Shown in pieces: positions 29,406 through 40,040 of a stretch of DNA of 64,000 bases. The position numbers and the translations under genes are program-made. Source of the stretch: Parcubacteria group bacterium (GTDB lineage Bacteria > Patescibacteriota > Minisyncoccia > Moranbacterales > UBA2206); contig JBAYLE010000002.1 of NCBI GenBank assembly GCA_041664225.1, positions 3,541 to 67,540 of the forward strand, written 5' to 3'. The first letter of the stretch is position 1, and the number at the start of each line of letters is the position of its first letter. The notes beneath the pieces are model-generated. The model made no database searches and had not been told where the DNA came from. It saw nothing but the letters and a program-made list of their open reading frames with translations.

Positions 29406-30513
29406 CAATTATTTTTTTAATTTCTTCTAAATATCGCAAAGCAATTTTGTCCCAAGTAAAATTATCTAGGACATATTGTCTCGCTTTTTGGCCAAACTCT
29501 GCCCGGAAATTGTCCTGGGTCAAAACTTCTTTAATTTTTGAAATCCAAGCCTCCGCGTTTTCATGTTCTACTGAAAATCCATTCTTTCCATCAATAATTG
29601 CATCTTTTAGCCCTTCAATATCTGAAGCCAAAACTACTCTTCCACAGGCCGCTCCTTCAATGGCGGTAATGCCAAAGCCCTCCATATAGCCGACAACTTT
29701 TACATTAGGTGAGATAAAAAGATCCGCACAATTGAGAAGAACCAACTTGCTTTTTTCATCAATGTCAGTAATCAGCCTGGCTCGATTTTCCAGGTCCAAT
29801 TCTCGGATGGCTTTCTCGCAAGCCGGGTATGTGTCTTTATTGCCAGCCGCCTTCGTTGAAACTCTGCCGCCCACCGCTACAAAAAAATAATCTTCCGGCA
29901 ACTTAGGCAAAACATTGCGCAAAAACCATTCGACTCCTTTATGCGGAACAAACCGCGCGATCCGTAAAATAACTTTTTTGCCAGCAATATCGATTCCCAG
30001 AACTTTAGTCATATCCTCGCGCAAACAAGAAATCGCCAACTCTTCCGGAATAATGCCGTTGGGAATAAAAACACAATGGTCACGACTGATTCCGATTTTT
30101 TCCGCCTCCTCAATAGTATGATTTCCAACCATAAACAGCTTGTCAATTTTTTTCATGGACGGAACATTCACGTATCTGTAAATTTTGGAAAGAATTCCAG
30201 TATTATGGACAAAAGTTATATCCAGACCATGCACGGTGCTAAAAAATTTTTTTCGCGGATAAATTATTTTCAAAACCGCTCCGATAGGGGACAGAACTCC
30301 GCTTCCCAAAAGGCACACGTCATACGACAGCATTAAAAAAAGAGACCGTAAAAACGTGACTGGCAAAAAAATTGGCAGCCATTTCTTTCCTTTTGTGTTG
30401 GCAATGATTTTGACCTCCGCGTGCTTTTTCAAGCCCCCCGACAAGTAATAGTTTTGTCTTTCCAGCCCGCCGAATGTCGGCGGAAAAGTATGAGAAATGT
30501 ATAAAATCTTCAT
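29398..30513 (-). CDS. GT4 glycosyltransferase (PimB-like)
   Basis: FPPTFGGLE, VHGLD, PHKG, MEGFGITAIEGA. Confidence 0.9.
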   Translation of the reverse strand: MKILYISHTFPPTFGGLERQNYYLSGGLKKHAEVKIIANTKGKKWLPIFLPVTFLRSLFLMLSYDVCLLGSGVLSPIGAVLKIIYPRKKFFSTVHGLDITFVHNTGILSKIYRYVNVPSMKKIDKLFMVGNHTIEEAEKIGISRDHCVFIPNGIIPEELAISCLREDMTKVLGIDIAGKKVILRIARFVPHKGVEWFLRNVLPKLPEDYFFVAVGGRVSTKAAGNKDTYPACEKAIRELDLENRARLITDIDEKSKLVLLNCADLFISPNVKVVGYMEGFGITAIEGAACGRVVLASDIEGLKDAIIDGKNGFSVEHENAEAWISKIKEVLTQDNFRAEFGQKARQYVLDNFTWDKIALRYLEEIKKIIDA

Positions 30514-30594
30514 AGGCCAAGTATACCTTAAATCGAACTATTTTTCAATACAAAAAGCCCCAGAATAAACCAGCGCTTTTTATCAAAAACATGC

Positions 30595-31575
30595 CTATTT
30601 TTTATACCTATCCTTCTTCCACTGATACATAAATTCCTCAGTGAGTTGTCGCGAGGATTTGACCATATCGGCAATAAGAGCAAAAACCACAAACTGCAAA
30701 CCAACCAGAAACAAAGCCACGCCGAAAATCAAGTAATTGCGATAAGGCGTGATTTTAAAATCTGGAAAATAATTATAGAGAAAAATAGCAAAGGAGATGA
30801 GCGATAAAAATATCAGAAACAGGCCCGGTACTCCAAAAAATTTCATCGGCCTAACATCGCGCACAGCTTTCAAAATAATTTTAGTTGAATTACTGACAAA
30901 TTTCCAGATAGATTTGGTCATTTTGGCTTCTCGGTCAGCATAGTAGGTGACCTCCACCGGAACCCATGCCAGTTTCAAGTTTTTGCCGATCGCGTCAATG
31001 ATCGTTTCTTGAGTATAGGTAAAATGAGTATTGGTAAGATTAAAACGAAGCATGGCTTCACGGCTATGCGCCCTAAAGCCACAGGTCAAATCATCCGTTT
31101 TGTAATTTAGAAAAAAGCCAATCAATCTCGCCGCGAACTTGTTTAAATTTTTCTTTATCCAAGGAATATCCTTCGCCTCAACACCGCCAAAACGATTAGC
31201 AATGACCATGTCTGATTTGCCATCCAAAATTGGCTCCAGAAGCTTGGGAATATCATATGGATTGAATTGTAAATCAGCATCAATATTTACCATCAAATCG
31301 GCTCCGTTTTCCAAGGCGCTTTCCACGTTTCTTTTGAAAGAATAGGCCAGGCGCCTATTGGGCTTGTAGGAAATGACGATATCCACACCGGCCTCGCGAG
31401 CATTTTGAACGGAATTATCCACAGATCCATCATCAACAATCTGAATAAGTTTTTCCGTTATAACAGAGCCTTTTTGCGAATAAAACGAATCATTAAAACT
31501 TTCTCTGATGGTTTTAATGGTTTTTCCGATATGCGCTTCTTCATTATATACTGGAATATTTACAATAAGTTTCAT
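30595..31575 (-). CDS. GT2 polyprenol-phosphate glycosyltransferase (DPM1-like)
   Basis: IPVYNEE, VDDGSVD, IDADLQF, DLTCGFRA, two C-terminal TMs. Confidence 0.88.
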   Translation of the reverse strand: MKLIVNIPVYNEEAHIGKTIKTIRESFNDSFYSQKGSVITEKLIQIVDDGSVDNSVQNAREAGVDIVISYKPNRRLAYSFKRNVESALENGADLMVNIDADLQFNPYDIPKLLEPILDGKSDMVIANRFGGVEAKDIPWIKKNLNKFAARLIGFFLNYKTDDLTCGFRAHSREAMLRFNLTNTHFTYTQETIIDAIGKNLKLAWVPVEVTYYADREAKMTKSIWKFVSNSTKIILKAVRDVRPMKFFGVPGLFLIFLSLISFAIFLYNYFPDFKITPYRNYLIFGVALFLVGLQFVVFALIADMVKSSRQLTEEFMYQWKKDRYKK

Positions 31576-31581
31576 GTTTTA

Positions 31582-31812
31582 TCATTTCTTTTTAATAATT
31601 AGGCCTGGGTCAGTACAATTAAAATCACACGTAGCATTTTTCGTACCCTGTTCAACAAGATTCTTAGCGCATTCATTCAACCTTTCCTGACATTTAGCCT
31701 TGCTTTCATCGAAATAATTACGATTAATTTCATAGCCAAAATAGTTCAACACAAAAAGCGCAACAACCACGAAACCAACAATCCAAATTATACCCTTGAT
31801 AATACTGAACAT
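31582..31812 (-). CDS. Small membrane-anchored hypothetical protein with 4 Cys
   Basis: N-terminal TM, C-x6-C...C-x3-C ectodomain; in operon. Confidence 0.65.
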   Translation of the reverse strand: MFSIIKGIIWIVGFVVVALFVLNYFGYEINRNYFDESKAKCQERLNECAKNLVEQGTKNATCDFNCTDPGLIIKKK

Positions 31813-31932
31813 TTTTTATTTTGTTAATTTTTATCTTTTGTTTAAGCCTTTCTTAAAAAAACTAAGGGGTATAATACCATAAAAGCATTATACCCTTATT
31901 CAAATTTTCCGACAAGTTTCATTTTTCCCAAA

Positions 31933-33330
31933 TTAGCGGCCAATTCCAGCATAAACTATTCCGGCTGCGCGGATAGCTTTTTTATCCAAACAATTTCGAC
32001 CATCGATAATCACTTTAATGCCGTTTTTTACGAAATCTTCTACTGGAATATTTTTGAATACTTTGTGATCGGTTACAACAACCAGCGCCTCTGATCTTGA
32101 AAGAATCTCATCTAAATCTTTGGCAGTTGAAATTGACGGCATTGTTGCAATGTATGGATCAAATGCCATCAAGTCAGCGTCCATTTTTTTAATTTTATCA
32201 ATGATGCGGATCGCGGGACTTTCACGCAAATCCCCGACATCGGCTTTATAGGAAATTCCCAGAACGCCAACCTTTGTACCTTTAACCGCTTTTTCAACTT
32301 CATTCAGCTTGTTCTGTAGCATTTCCACTGTGTAGTCTGCCATTCCATCATTGATATGTCTGGCCGCAGAAAGAAACTTGTGCTCAAAACCATTCTCTTT
32401 GGCTTTTTCGATCATGTAATATGGATCGACTGGAATGCAATGTCCGCCGACGCCACAACCTGGTCGGTGAGGCATGAAAGCATACGGTTTTGAAGCTGCT
32501 CCCTTGATCACGTTGGTAATGTCAATTCCGAAGCGAGCATACGACATCGCCATTTCGTTTACAAAAGCGATATTGATGTCTCGGAAAGAATTCTCCAAAA
32601 TTTTCACCGCCTCCGCCTCTCGGATATTTTCCATCGGCACTATTTCGCCAGTGACAATTGTTTTATAAAATTCCAAAGATCGTCTCAGGCCTTCTTCATC
32701 CATCGAGCCAAGAACGCGGGGGAGATTGGAAACATTCCAACCCTTATATTCATCCCCGGGATTGATACGTTCCGGACAGTGAGAAATAAAAACATCTTTT
32801 CCAACAACATATCCAGCTTTTTCAAAAATCGGTGCCACAACATCTTCACTCACACCCGGGTTAACGGTTGATTCCAAAACAACCAGCACATCTTTTTTCA
32901 TGTTTTCAGCGATGGTCTTGCACGCGTTTATCACCGGATCCAAAATAGGATAATGTTTTTCGTTTACTGGCGTCGGTACGCAGATGATAAAAATGTCCAT
33001 CATCTTCATCAGACGCGGATCACTGAAGGTGTTTATCTTGACCCTTGGAAGCAATTCTTCCAGAAGTTCTTCACGAAGAAAGTTAACTTTTTGATCGATG
33101 AGTTTGAGTTTTTCCAAATCCGTATCAAAACCATAAACTTCATAGCCCTTACTAGCTGTCACTGCCGCCAGGGGATAACCAACATAGCCCATACCGACAA
33201 CACAAACGACCGGCTTCGCGGAAGTCGATTTGGTGTCGCCAGAAGATTTGATCACACTATTTTCCCGGAGCAATTGGTCCAGCTTAGCGTTGATTTCTTC
33301 TATTTCATTTTTCTCAATATTTGTTGACAT
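31933..33330 (-). CDS. UDP-N-acetylhexosamine 6-dehydrogenase (WecC/WbpA/TviB family)
   Basis: GMGYVGYPLA, CVPTP, LESTVNPG, PERINPG, ENSFRDINIAF, GVGGHCIPVDP, YKADVGDLRESP. Confidence 0.9.
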   Translation of the reverse strand: MSTNIEKNEIEEINAKLDQLLRENSVIKSSGDTKSTSAKPVVCVVGMGYVGYPLAAVTASKGYEVYGFDTDLEKLKLIDQKVNFLREELLEELLPRVKINTFSDPRLMKMMDIFIICVPTPVNEKHYPILDPVINACKTIAENMKKDVLVVLESTVNPGVSEDVVAPIFEKAGYVVGKDVFISHCPERINPGDEYKGWNVSNLPRVLGSMDEEGLRRSLEFYKTIVTGEIVPMENIREAEAVKILENSFRDINIAFVNEMAMSYARFGIDITNVIKGAASKPYAFMPHRPGCGVGGHCIPVDPYYMIEKAKENGFEHKFLSAARHINDGMADYTVEMLQNKLNEVEKAVKGTKVGVLGISYKADVGDLRESPAIRIIDKIKKMDADLMAFDPYIATMPSISTAKDLDEILSRSEALVVVTDHKVFKNIPVEDFVKNGIKVIIDGRNCLDKKAIRAAGIVYAGIGR

Positions 33331-33552
33331 AAGGCGTAAGTTTTTACATTCTACTATGTGTCGGATAGGGTAGTCAAATGTTTCCAAATGTTGCCATTTC
33401 TACCGAACAACATACCTTAGCAGGGATGTTAAATTTTGTCAAGAGTAAAGGCATATTTAGGCAGGTATTTTTTATAATTCAAATTTCTTGAAGTTTTTGA
33501 TTATGATCTAGGGCTTTATACAAGCCACTTCTACCAAGCCAAGGCCGAGCCA

Positions 33553-33581
33553 TTGACAAAACGCTAATTTAGGCATATAAT
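33553..33581 (+). promoter_or_regulatory. Consensus sigma70 promoter
   Basis: TTGACA-17nt-TATAAT; SD GAGGAGGA at 33663-33670. Confidence 0.8.
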
Positions 33582-33674
33582 GAATGGTTCTGAATAAGGA
33601 AAGGTATTTGTCAACAAAATAACGAAACATTAAACCCAGCCGTATAGCTGGACATATCAGATGAGGAGGATCAC

Positions 33675-34784
33675 ATGAAGAAAGGAAAGATTTTACTTGT
33701 AGGAGCAGGAGGACAGATGGGCGGTTATTATATGAACGCTCTGCTCAATGACTTGGGAATACCCCCATGTCAGATCGTCGCAGTCGATATCGACCCCGAC
33801 AAGATCGCGAAGTTTCGGGAGAAATATCCGGATGTCACGATCATAAGCAACCTGGACGAAGAAGTTGATATCCACGAAGGATTTCTGGCGGTAAAGCCGG
33901 CATCAGGCATCAAGACGGCCATCGTCACGACCTACACGCCGTCGCATCACCTCGTGATCGTAGACCTTATCAAGCGGGGAGTGGAGAACATCTTCACGGA
34001 AAAACCGCTTGCGCTCGACAGCGACAAGGTGGCCTACATCAGGGCCAACATGAAGCCCAACACGAAAATTTACACCGCCTTCTTGATCAATTTTTCCGGC
34101 GGGGTAAAGTTCGTCGAGGATTTCATGATAAAGGAAGAGCTTTATCTTTCAGAGGCTTTTGTCAACTGGGGCAAAGACAGGACAGGTGACAATCGTCCGA
34201 CTCCTGGCGATCTCGAAGACGAGAGCGTGCACGGCATCGGGGTTGTGCATATTCTGTCAAGGATCAATCAAACCGTGAAAAACATCAGGATCATGGCAAA
34301 CCTCTCATATCTGGACTATGTCGATCCGATCGTTCAGGCCAAGGCTCATGGGATGGACGAATCTTTCCCGCTGCCGGCGGATGTGAACTCCAGTTCCTTC
34401 ATATCGGAAACGATTGAAACGAACAGGGGCACGATCTTAGCTGGGACGAGAAGTTCATACGTCAATATCCAGCAGGTGAGACAAATGAATCTCATTCTGA
34501 GCGGCATCGCATCAGGAAAGCCTGAGTATTTGATCGAGATCAACTTCGACACCAAAGAGGGCGATGTCCTTCTGGTGAAAAAGACCGGCGCGAAAGAAAT
34601 CGCAATACACGCTTTCGCTGGCAACAAGAAGATAACCGAGGAAACGCATGCATTCCTGAAAGTCGTTGCCGGGCAGGCACAGGATCCGCGGCTAACCGAC
34701 TTTGCTGCCGCTGAAACCGCTGTCGTGGTTTCTGACGCAGTAAAGAAAAGTCACCGCACAAACACAATGGTGACAGTCGTATAA
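33675..34784 (+). CDS. Gfo/Idh/MocA-family oxidoreductase
   Basis: LVGAGGQMG, TPSHH, FTEKPLA, DESVH. Confidence 0.75.
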   Translation: MKKGKILLVGAGGQMGGYYMNALLNDLGIPPCQIVAVDIDPDKIAKFREKYPDVTIISNLDEEVDIHEGFLAVKPASGIKTAIVTTYTPSHHLVIVDLIKRGVENIFTEKPLALDSDKVAYIRANMKPNTKIYTAFLINFSGGVKFVEDFMIKEELYLSEAFVNWGKDRTGDNRPTPGDLEDESVHGIGVVHILSRINQTVKNIRIMANLSYLDYVDPIVQAKAHGMDESFPLPADVNSSSFISETIETNRGTILAGTRSSYVNIQQVRQMNLILSGIASGKPEYLIEINFDTKEGDVLLVKKTGAKEIAIHAFAGNKKITEETHAFLKVVAGQAQDPRLTDFAAAETAVVVSDAVKKSHRTNTMVTVV

Positions 34785-34799
34785 GTACGCTGTTATCGA

Positions 34800-34846
34800 A
34801 GGGATGGTTAGCTCAAGCTAGTTCTATGAGCGCCATCCCTTTTTTT
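34800..34846 (+). terminator. Intrinsic terminator
   Basis: AGGGATGG...CCATCCCT followed by T run. Confidence 0.65.
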
Positions 34847-34902
34847 ATTTTTATAAATTTGATATAATACAAATATAATGAACGTGCTAAAAACATTACG
34901 AA

Positions 34903-35643
34903 ATGGATAAAAATGAAAAAACTCGCTGGGAAACCAGAGGAATCATTAAAGGAAGAGTTCCTATGGCATACACCGAACAAGAAATTCCCGGAAAAATTTT
35001 GTATAGTGACGCGGAATCAGAAAATGTTAGTAGAAAGTCTTGTGATATGTTGAGTTGGATTAATCAAAGTATGTCTCCCGGTAAAAAATTACTGGATATT
35101 GGCTCCGGACCCGGTCACCTCGAGTATTGGAATATGAAAATAAATAAGCCGCCTTTTGATATTACTATCTATGATCAATCATCATACTTTTTAAACATTG
35201 CTCAAGAAAAAATTCCTAATCTAAAAGCAGTCAAGGCAGATTTACCACATCTTCCTTTTCCTGATAATCAATTTGATGGAGTTATTTGCATCGATATACT
35301 TGAACATATATATCCTGAAACCGCCCTTCAAACAGTATACGAATCATTCAGAATTTTAAAACCCGGAGGCTGGATATTTATTTCTATACCCAACAGGCAT
35401 ACTTGGACACGCGTCTACTTTAATGTTATAAGACATGTTTGGCTCGCCTCAAGAAAAGAGATAAGAGCATTATTGGAAACGGCTGGGTTTGACGAAAAAA
35501 CAATACACATAAAAACCAGGGGATTTCCAGGTGCAAATACCTATCACGAACTGACCCGGAAAGTAGCCGGAAAGGCAAGTGATTTTTATTTACCCTGTGG
35601 CGGATCCGTCATCCTCGCAAACGCACAAAAACCAACTAATTAA
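34903..35643 (+). CDS. Class I SAM-dependent methyltransferase (Methyltransf_11-like)
   Basis: LLDIGSGPG, LPFPDNQFD, ILEH, RILKPGG. Confidence 0.85.
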   Translation: MDKNEKTRWETRGIIKGRVPMAYTEQEIPGKILYSDAESENVSRKSCDMLSWINQSMSPGKKLLDIGSGPGHLEYWNMKINKPPFDITIYDQSSYFLNIAQEKIPNLKAVKADLPHLPFPDNQFDGVICIDILEHIYPETALQTVYESFRILKPGGWIFISIPNRHTWTRVYFNVIRHVWLASRKEIRALLETAGFDEKTIHIKTRGFPGANTYHELTRKVAGKASDFYLPCGGSVILANAQKPTN

Positions 35644-35668
35644 ATTTAATTATATAATATAGAAAAAC

Positions 35669-36559
35669 ATGAAGAAAATTAATGCTCTAATTACGGGGGG
35701 AAGCGGATTCATTGGAAGTCATCTAACAGATACTCTTACGAAGTCCGGTTTTAATGTCACAATTTTTGATATTAAGAAACCTACCCAAAAAAATAATGCT
35801 AGAGTTAAATTTGTCCGTGGTGACATAACAAATAAAAATGCACTGATAAAGGCCCTTAAAAACCAGGATTATGTTTTTCATCTGGCGGCTCTTATGGGGA
35901 CCAGTGAGTTGCTTCAGTGTTCAGATAGAGCGGTGCACATAAACATTGAAGGCACTGTGAATGTACTTGAAGCATGCAAAAAACAAAGTGTTAAGGCTAT
36001 TATCTTATCGAAACCGCATGCATGGTTAAATACTTACACCATAACGAAGCAAGCCGCCGAAAAATTTGCTTGGATGTATAAAAATGAGTTTGGCATACAA
36101 GTAGCAATTGTAAAATTTTTTAATGTTTACGGGCCCAACGAGCCGGCCGGGAAGCGAGCTCCATACCGCAAGGCTGTACCTACTTTTATTTTAAATGGTT
36201 TAGCTGGAAAGAATATTGAAATTTATGGTGATGGAAAACAAACTGCTGATTTTGTCTATGTGACTGACGCTGTTCGAGCGCTTGCAATGGTTGCAAAAAA
36301 TTGGAATAAATGTGAAGGAAAAACACTCGAGGCTGGAAGTGGAATTAAAACTTCCGTAAACAACCTTGCCTCCATCATCCGTAAGCTTACTGGAAACAAA
36401 TCAGAAATAATTCATGTGCCAATGAGACCAGGAGAAATTTCTGGGACACACGTCTTAGCAAAATCTGGTCTTTTGAAAAAGATCACTGGTTGGAAATGCG
36501 AAGTTAGTTTTGAAGATGGATTAAAACAGACCATAGATTGGTACAAAAAGACTATTTAA
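35669..36559 (+). CDS. NAD-dependent epimerase/dehydratase (extended SDR)
   Basis: ITGGSGFIGSH, VFHLAA, YTITK, FNVYGP, GDGKQTADFVYV. Confidence 0.88.
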   Translation: MKKINALITGGSGFIGSHLTDTLTKSGFNVTIFDIKKPTQKNNARVKFVRGDITNKNALIKALKNQDYVFHLAALMGTSELLQCSDRAVHINIEGTVNVLEACKKQSVKAIILSKPHAWLNTYTITKQAAEKFAWMYKNEFGIQVAIVKFFNVYGPNEPAGKRAPYRKAVPTFILNGLAGKNIEIYGDGKQTADFVYVTDAVRALAMVAKNWNKCEGKTLEAGSGIKTSVNNLASIIRKLTGNKSEIIHVPMRPGEISGTHVLAKSGLLKKITGWKCEVSFEDGLKQTIDWYKKTI

Positions 36560-36569
36560 ATTTAAAAAT

Positions 36570-37139
36570 TTGAATAAGAAAAAACCGTGGTCGACATTAT
36601 CATCTAAAATTATTCATAAAAATGAACGTTTTTATGTTTCCCATGAAAAATTTGCGCTACCCGGAGGGAAAACTGGAGACTATTATTTTTTCAATACTGT
36701 GCAAGGCACCAACAAATCCGTCCTAGTGATACCGATCATCAAGGATGAAATTTTGTTGATAAAACAATACCGCTATCTGACAAAAAATTGGTCACTGGAA
36801 ATTCCCGGCGGAGGCGTAAAAAAAGATTCGACATTTCTAAAAACCGCTCAAAAAGAATTGTGTGAAGAGGTTGGGTATAAAGCAAAAAAATTCCGCCTTA
36901 TCGGACGCTTCGACCCATACACGAGCAAATCAAAAGAAATTTGCTCGGTTTATTTGGCAACAGATTTATCTTTTGTCGGCCAGAAGCTAGATGACGAGGA
37001 ACACGGCTCAGAAGTCGTCAGAATAAAAATCAAGAAACTGTATCAGCTTGTTGATAAGGGAGAAATTACCTCCGGTCCGATTCTGGCCGCCTTAGCCTTG
37101 GCTAACAAAAAATTGTTGCAAGATTCAATTTTAAAATAG
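36570..37139 (+). CDS. Nudix hydrolase (ADP-ribose/NDP-sugar pyrophosphatase-like)
   Basis: KQYRY..LEIPGG...AQKELCEEVG Nudix box variant; TTG start. Confidence 0.85.
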   Translation: MNKKKPWSTLSSKIIHKNERFYVSHEKFALPGGKTGDYYFFNTVQGTNKSVLVIPIIKDEILLIKQYRYLTKNWSLEIPGGGVKKDSTFLKTAQKELCEEVGYKAKKFRLIGRFDPYTSKSKEICSVYLATDLSFVGQKLDDEEHGSEVVRIKIKKLYQLVDKGEITSGPILAALALANKKLLQDSILK

Positions 37140-37151
37140 TATACCTGTTCT

Positions 37152-38060
37152 ATGTGGATTTTGTATTCCTTAATTGGAGCGTTTTCACAGGCGCTAGGAG
37201 CAGCTTTCAAAAAGAAAGCTCTGCAAACACCTGGGATGAACAACGTCATTGGTTTCATATCGTTTGCATTTGCCGGAATAATATTTTGGCTGCTATATTT
37301 TTCGAACACTGAAACTTTTTGGATAGAAAATTTAAGCCATCGCTTTTGGGGGGCCATGTTTTGGTATGCCGGACTTAATATCATAGCTGCTTGGTTTTTG
37401 TATCGCGCCCTTGATTTGGCGGAATTCAACCATCTGATGCCGTTTATGACGCTAACCTCACTGACGCTTATTATCCCGCCCATATTTATTTTGGGCGAAG
37501 TACCGTCACTGGTAAGCATTCTCGGAATAATCCTTATCGTTTCTGGGGTGCTGTATATTAATTACAATCCGAGTAAGGTTGGCCAGCCAACGCAATCAGA
37601 CGATCAACGCAAAGCGAACCGCAAGGGCGTGTTGTATTTTTTGGTAACCGCCATTTGTTATACTATTACACCGACCGCTGCAAAAATAACCGTGCAAGAA
37701 AGTTCCGCGATGTTTGCCTCTGCAATTGTGCACCTTCTGGTTGGGCTTGGTTTTTTGGGAATGATTATTGCATTGCGTGAATTGCCAAGATTATCTGCGG
37801 TACTCCGACGGCCTACATATAGAAAACTGTTTCTGGCAATACTCGTGACGGGAATAATAATAGTTTTTGAAAATGGAAGTATTAATACCGCGCTAAGCAC
37901 CACATCAGTTGCTTATGTCTTCGCAATCAAACGACTGATGCCGTTCTTCGCTTTTTTGATCGGCTTGTTCTATTTTAAAGAGAAAACAGATCTCAAAAAG
38001 AAGATTTTGGCCACCGCGCTGATGGTCGCTGGAGCGGTTATCGTAACTTTATTCGGGTGA
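37152..38060 (+). CDS. EamA/DMT-family transporter
   Basis: About 10 TMs in two repeats; FILGEVPS, VAYVFAIKR, FKEK. Confidence 0.85.
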   Translation: MWILYSLIGAFSQALGAAFKKKALQTPGMNNVIGFISFAFAGIIFWLLYFSNTETFWIENLSHRFWGAMFWYAGLNIIAAWFLYRALDLAEFNHLMPFMTLTSLTLIIPPIFILGEVPSLVSILGIILIVSGVLYINYNPSKVGQPTQSDDQRKANRKGVLYFLVTAICYTITPTAAKITVQESSAMFASAIVHLLVGLGFLGMIIALRELPRLSAVLRRPTYRKLFLAILVTGIIIVFENGSINTALSTTSVAYVFAIKRLMPFFAFLIGLFYFKEKTDLKKKILATALMVAGAVIVTLFG

Positions 38061-38320
38061 GACCTTGCCAGACATGCCCTTAGAAAAAACTTATTTTATT
38101 GCAAATCCTTTAAAGATTTCAGGGGCTTTAAATAAGCCTTTTTTTATTTAACCGCTGGGTCTTGACAAACTAGTTTTTTTATGCAACAATAGACGGTTGC
38201 ACATTAACAATCTTTGCCTAGCGTTTAAAACGCTTGAAGTTATATAAAAAAAGGGCATCACGCTGATATATAGCGTAGTAATGATAATTATATCCAAGTA
38301 ATTCAAAGGAGGGATATACC

Positions 38321-38776
38321 GTGAAAAAGATTTATTTACTAGTAGTGTCAATGCTATTGGGGGGCTTATTAGGAGGGTTTATATTTGGAGTTTCAGAGAG
38401 CATATTGAACCACGTCTTTCATGTCAACGAGATATTTGCATCCATTATTAGTTTAATAGCCATTGCAGTAATCGTAATGTTGTTGTTAAAAAAATATGGA
38501 TATGAATATATTGAAGAAAAAACGATTGACATGTCTGTTATGAATGTAATCAATCAGTTTCCCCTAGAATCTACTCGCAAAGAGTTAATTCAAGGGATTA
38601 ACAGGATTGATCAAAAAGAGCTGAAAAGCTACGATGGCTCAGAGTCAGGACTTGCTTTGAGTAATTCGCTCAACATCCTTAAGCAAGTGCTCCAAAATGA
38701 AAAGACGCCTACTTCAGATGTTCTCGCTATAAAAAGCTTCATCGAGACGCTCGAAAAGTCATGTGACTTAATCTGA
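38321..38776 (+). CDS. Hypothetical 2-TM protein
   Basis: Strong SD AAAGGAGGG before GTG; followed by terminator. Confidence 0.65.
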   Translation: MKKIYLLVVSMLLGGLLGGFIFGVSESILNHVFHVNEIFASIISLIAIAVIVMLLLKKYGYEYIEEKTIDMSVMNVINQFPLESTRKELIQGINRIDQKELKSYDGSESGLALSNSLNILKQVLQNEKTPTSDVLAIKSFIETLEKSCDLI

Positions 38777-38788
38777 AAAAGGACCCAC

Positions 38789-38824
38789 CCGCGGCGGAGA
38801 GGTTTTCTCTCTTCCGCGGTTTTT
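38789..38824 (+). terminator. Intrinsic terminator
   Basis: CCGCGG..GAGAG..CTCTC..CCGCGG then T run. Confidence 0.6.
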
Positions 38825-38855
38825 ATTTTGTTTCAAAATAAAGTATAATTAAATC

Positions 38856-40040
38856 ATGAAAATTGGAATCAACGCGTCGTTTGCCAGAAAGCCGGCAAGT
38901 GGCACCGGGCAGGTAACGATTAATTTTTTAAAAAAATTAATCGAGTTAGAAAGTCAAAAGTCAAAAGTCAAAAGTGACCTTGAGTTTATTTTGTATTTGG
39001 AAGAAGATCTGCCAAGAGATTTCAAATTGCCGAAAAATTTCACGAAACATATTTTCTTGCCGCCCTGGAAACGCGATGATTTGCTGCGGAAAATTTGGTG
39101 GGAAAAATATTTACTGCCAAGAAAAATCCGAAAGGATAATCTGGATGTCTTTTTCAGTTTGTATCAGTCGGCAACCATTTTGCCTAATAAACTGAAGCAT
39201 ATTATGCTAGTCCATGATATTATCCCTAAATTATTCCCAGAATATCTTAACAATTCTCGCAAGAAAAAATATTGGAGTTTGGTTGAGGAAGCTATCCGAA
39301 AAGCGGACGGGATCATTGCCAATTCTCGGCGCACCGAAAAAGATCTAATCCGACATCTAGGCATCAACCCGGCAAAAATTACCGTAAATTATTTGGACGT
39401 TGATGAAATATACAAGAAAAAAGTTTCGTCTGAGAAAAACAAAAAGGTTTTAAAAAAATATAAATTAAAGCCGGGATACATTTACAACGGCGGAGGATTG
39501 GAAGTTAGAAAAAATGCGGAGGGAGTTATTCGCGCGTATAAATATTTATTAGATAGAAATAAAATTTTGCATTCTATCCATGAAATGCCGCAACTTATAA
39601 TCTCTGGGAGATTGCTGCCGCAGCTCGCACCCCTTGTCGTTGACGTGGAAAAATTAATCAAAGAATTAAACCTCACCAAACACGTCAGAATTCTGGGGTT
39701 TGTGCCACAGGAAAATTTACCGGCTATTTATGCCAACGCTCTGATGTTTATTTATCCATCGCGCTATGAGGGCTTCGGCATCCCGCCTTTGGAAGCCATG
39801 AATCAAGGCACGCCCGTAATTATTGCCAAAACCTCATCTTTGCCAGAGGTGGGTAGTGATTCCGTGCTGTATTGCAACCCCGAAGATCACAAAGACATTG
39901 CTATGGTCATGAAAAATGTAATGCTTAATAAAAATCTGCGTGCTACACTTTCCGAAAGAGGTAAGGAGAGAGCTAAGATTTTTTCTTGGAAAAAGTTTAC
40001 GGAAAAGTTTTTGAATATCATCAATGAACGAAATTTTTAA
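38856..40040 (+). CDS. GT4 glycosyltransferase (MtfB/mannosyltransferase-like)
   Basis: MKIGINA, VHDIIP, RKN, YPSRYEGFGIPPLEAM, SSLPEV. Confidence 0.9.
   Translation: MKIGINASFARKPASGTGQVTINFLKKLIELESQKSKVKSDLEFILYLEEDLPRDFKLPKNFTKHIFLPPWKRDDLLRKIWWEKYLLPRKIRKDNLDVFFSLYQSATILPNKLKHIMLVHDIIPKLFPEYLNNSRKKKYWSLVEEAIRKADGIIANSRRTEKDLIRHLGINPAKITVNYLDVDEIYKKKVSSEKNKKVLKKYKLKPGYIYNGGGLEVRKNAEGVIRAYKYLLDRNKILHSIHEMPQLIISGRLLPQLAPLVVDVEKLIKELNLTKHVRILGFVPQENLPAIYANALMFIYPSRYEGFGIPPLEAMNQGTPVIIAKTSSLPEVGSDSVLYCNPEDHKDIAMVMKNVMLNKNLRATLSERGKERAKIFSWKKFTEKFLNIINERNF
38950..38977 (+). repeat. Heptamer tandem repeat (AAAGTCA)x3 + AAAGTGA inside a GT4 gene
   Basis: Direct read; encodes ESQKSKVKSD. Confidence 0.85.

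Noticed and set aside
31415-31423. Perfect DnaA box TTATCCACA
   Set aside because: Inside the GT2 coding motif DDGSVDN, isolated, no cluster suggesting oriC
31867-31895. Inverted repeat GGGTATAAT/ATTATACCC
   Set aside because: Probably the minus-strand -10 box plus a terminator-like hairpin; no further support
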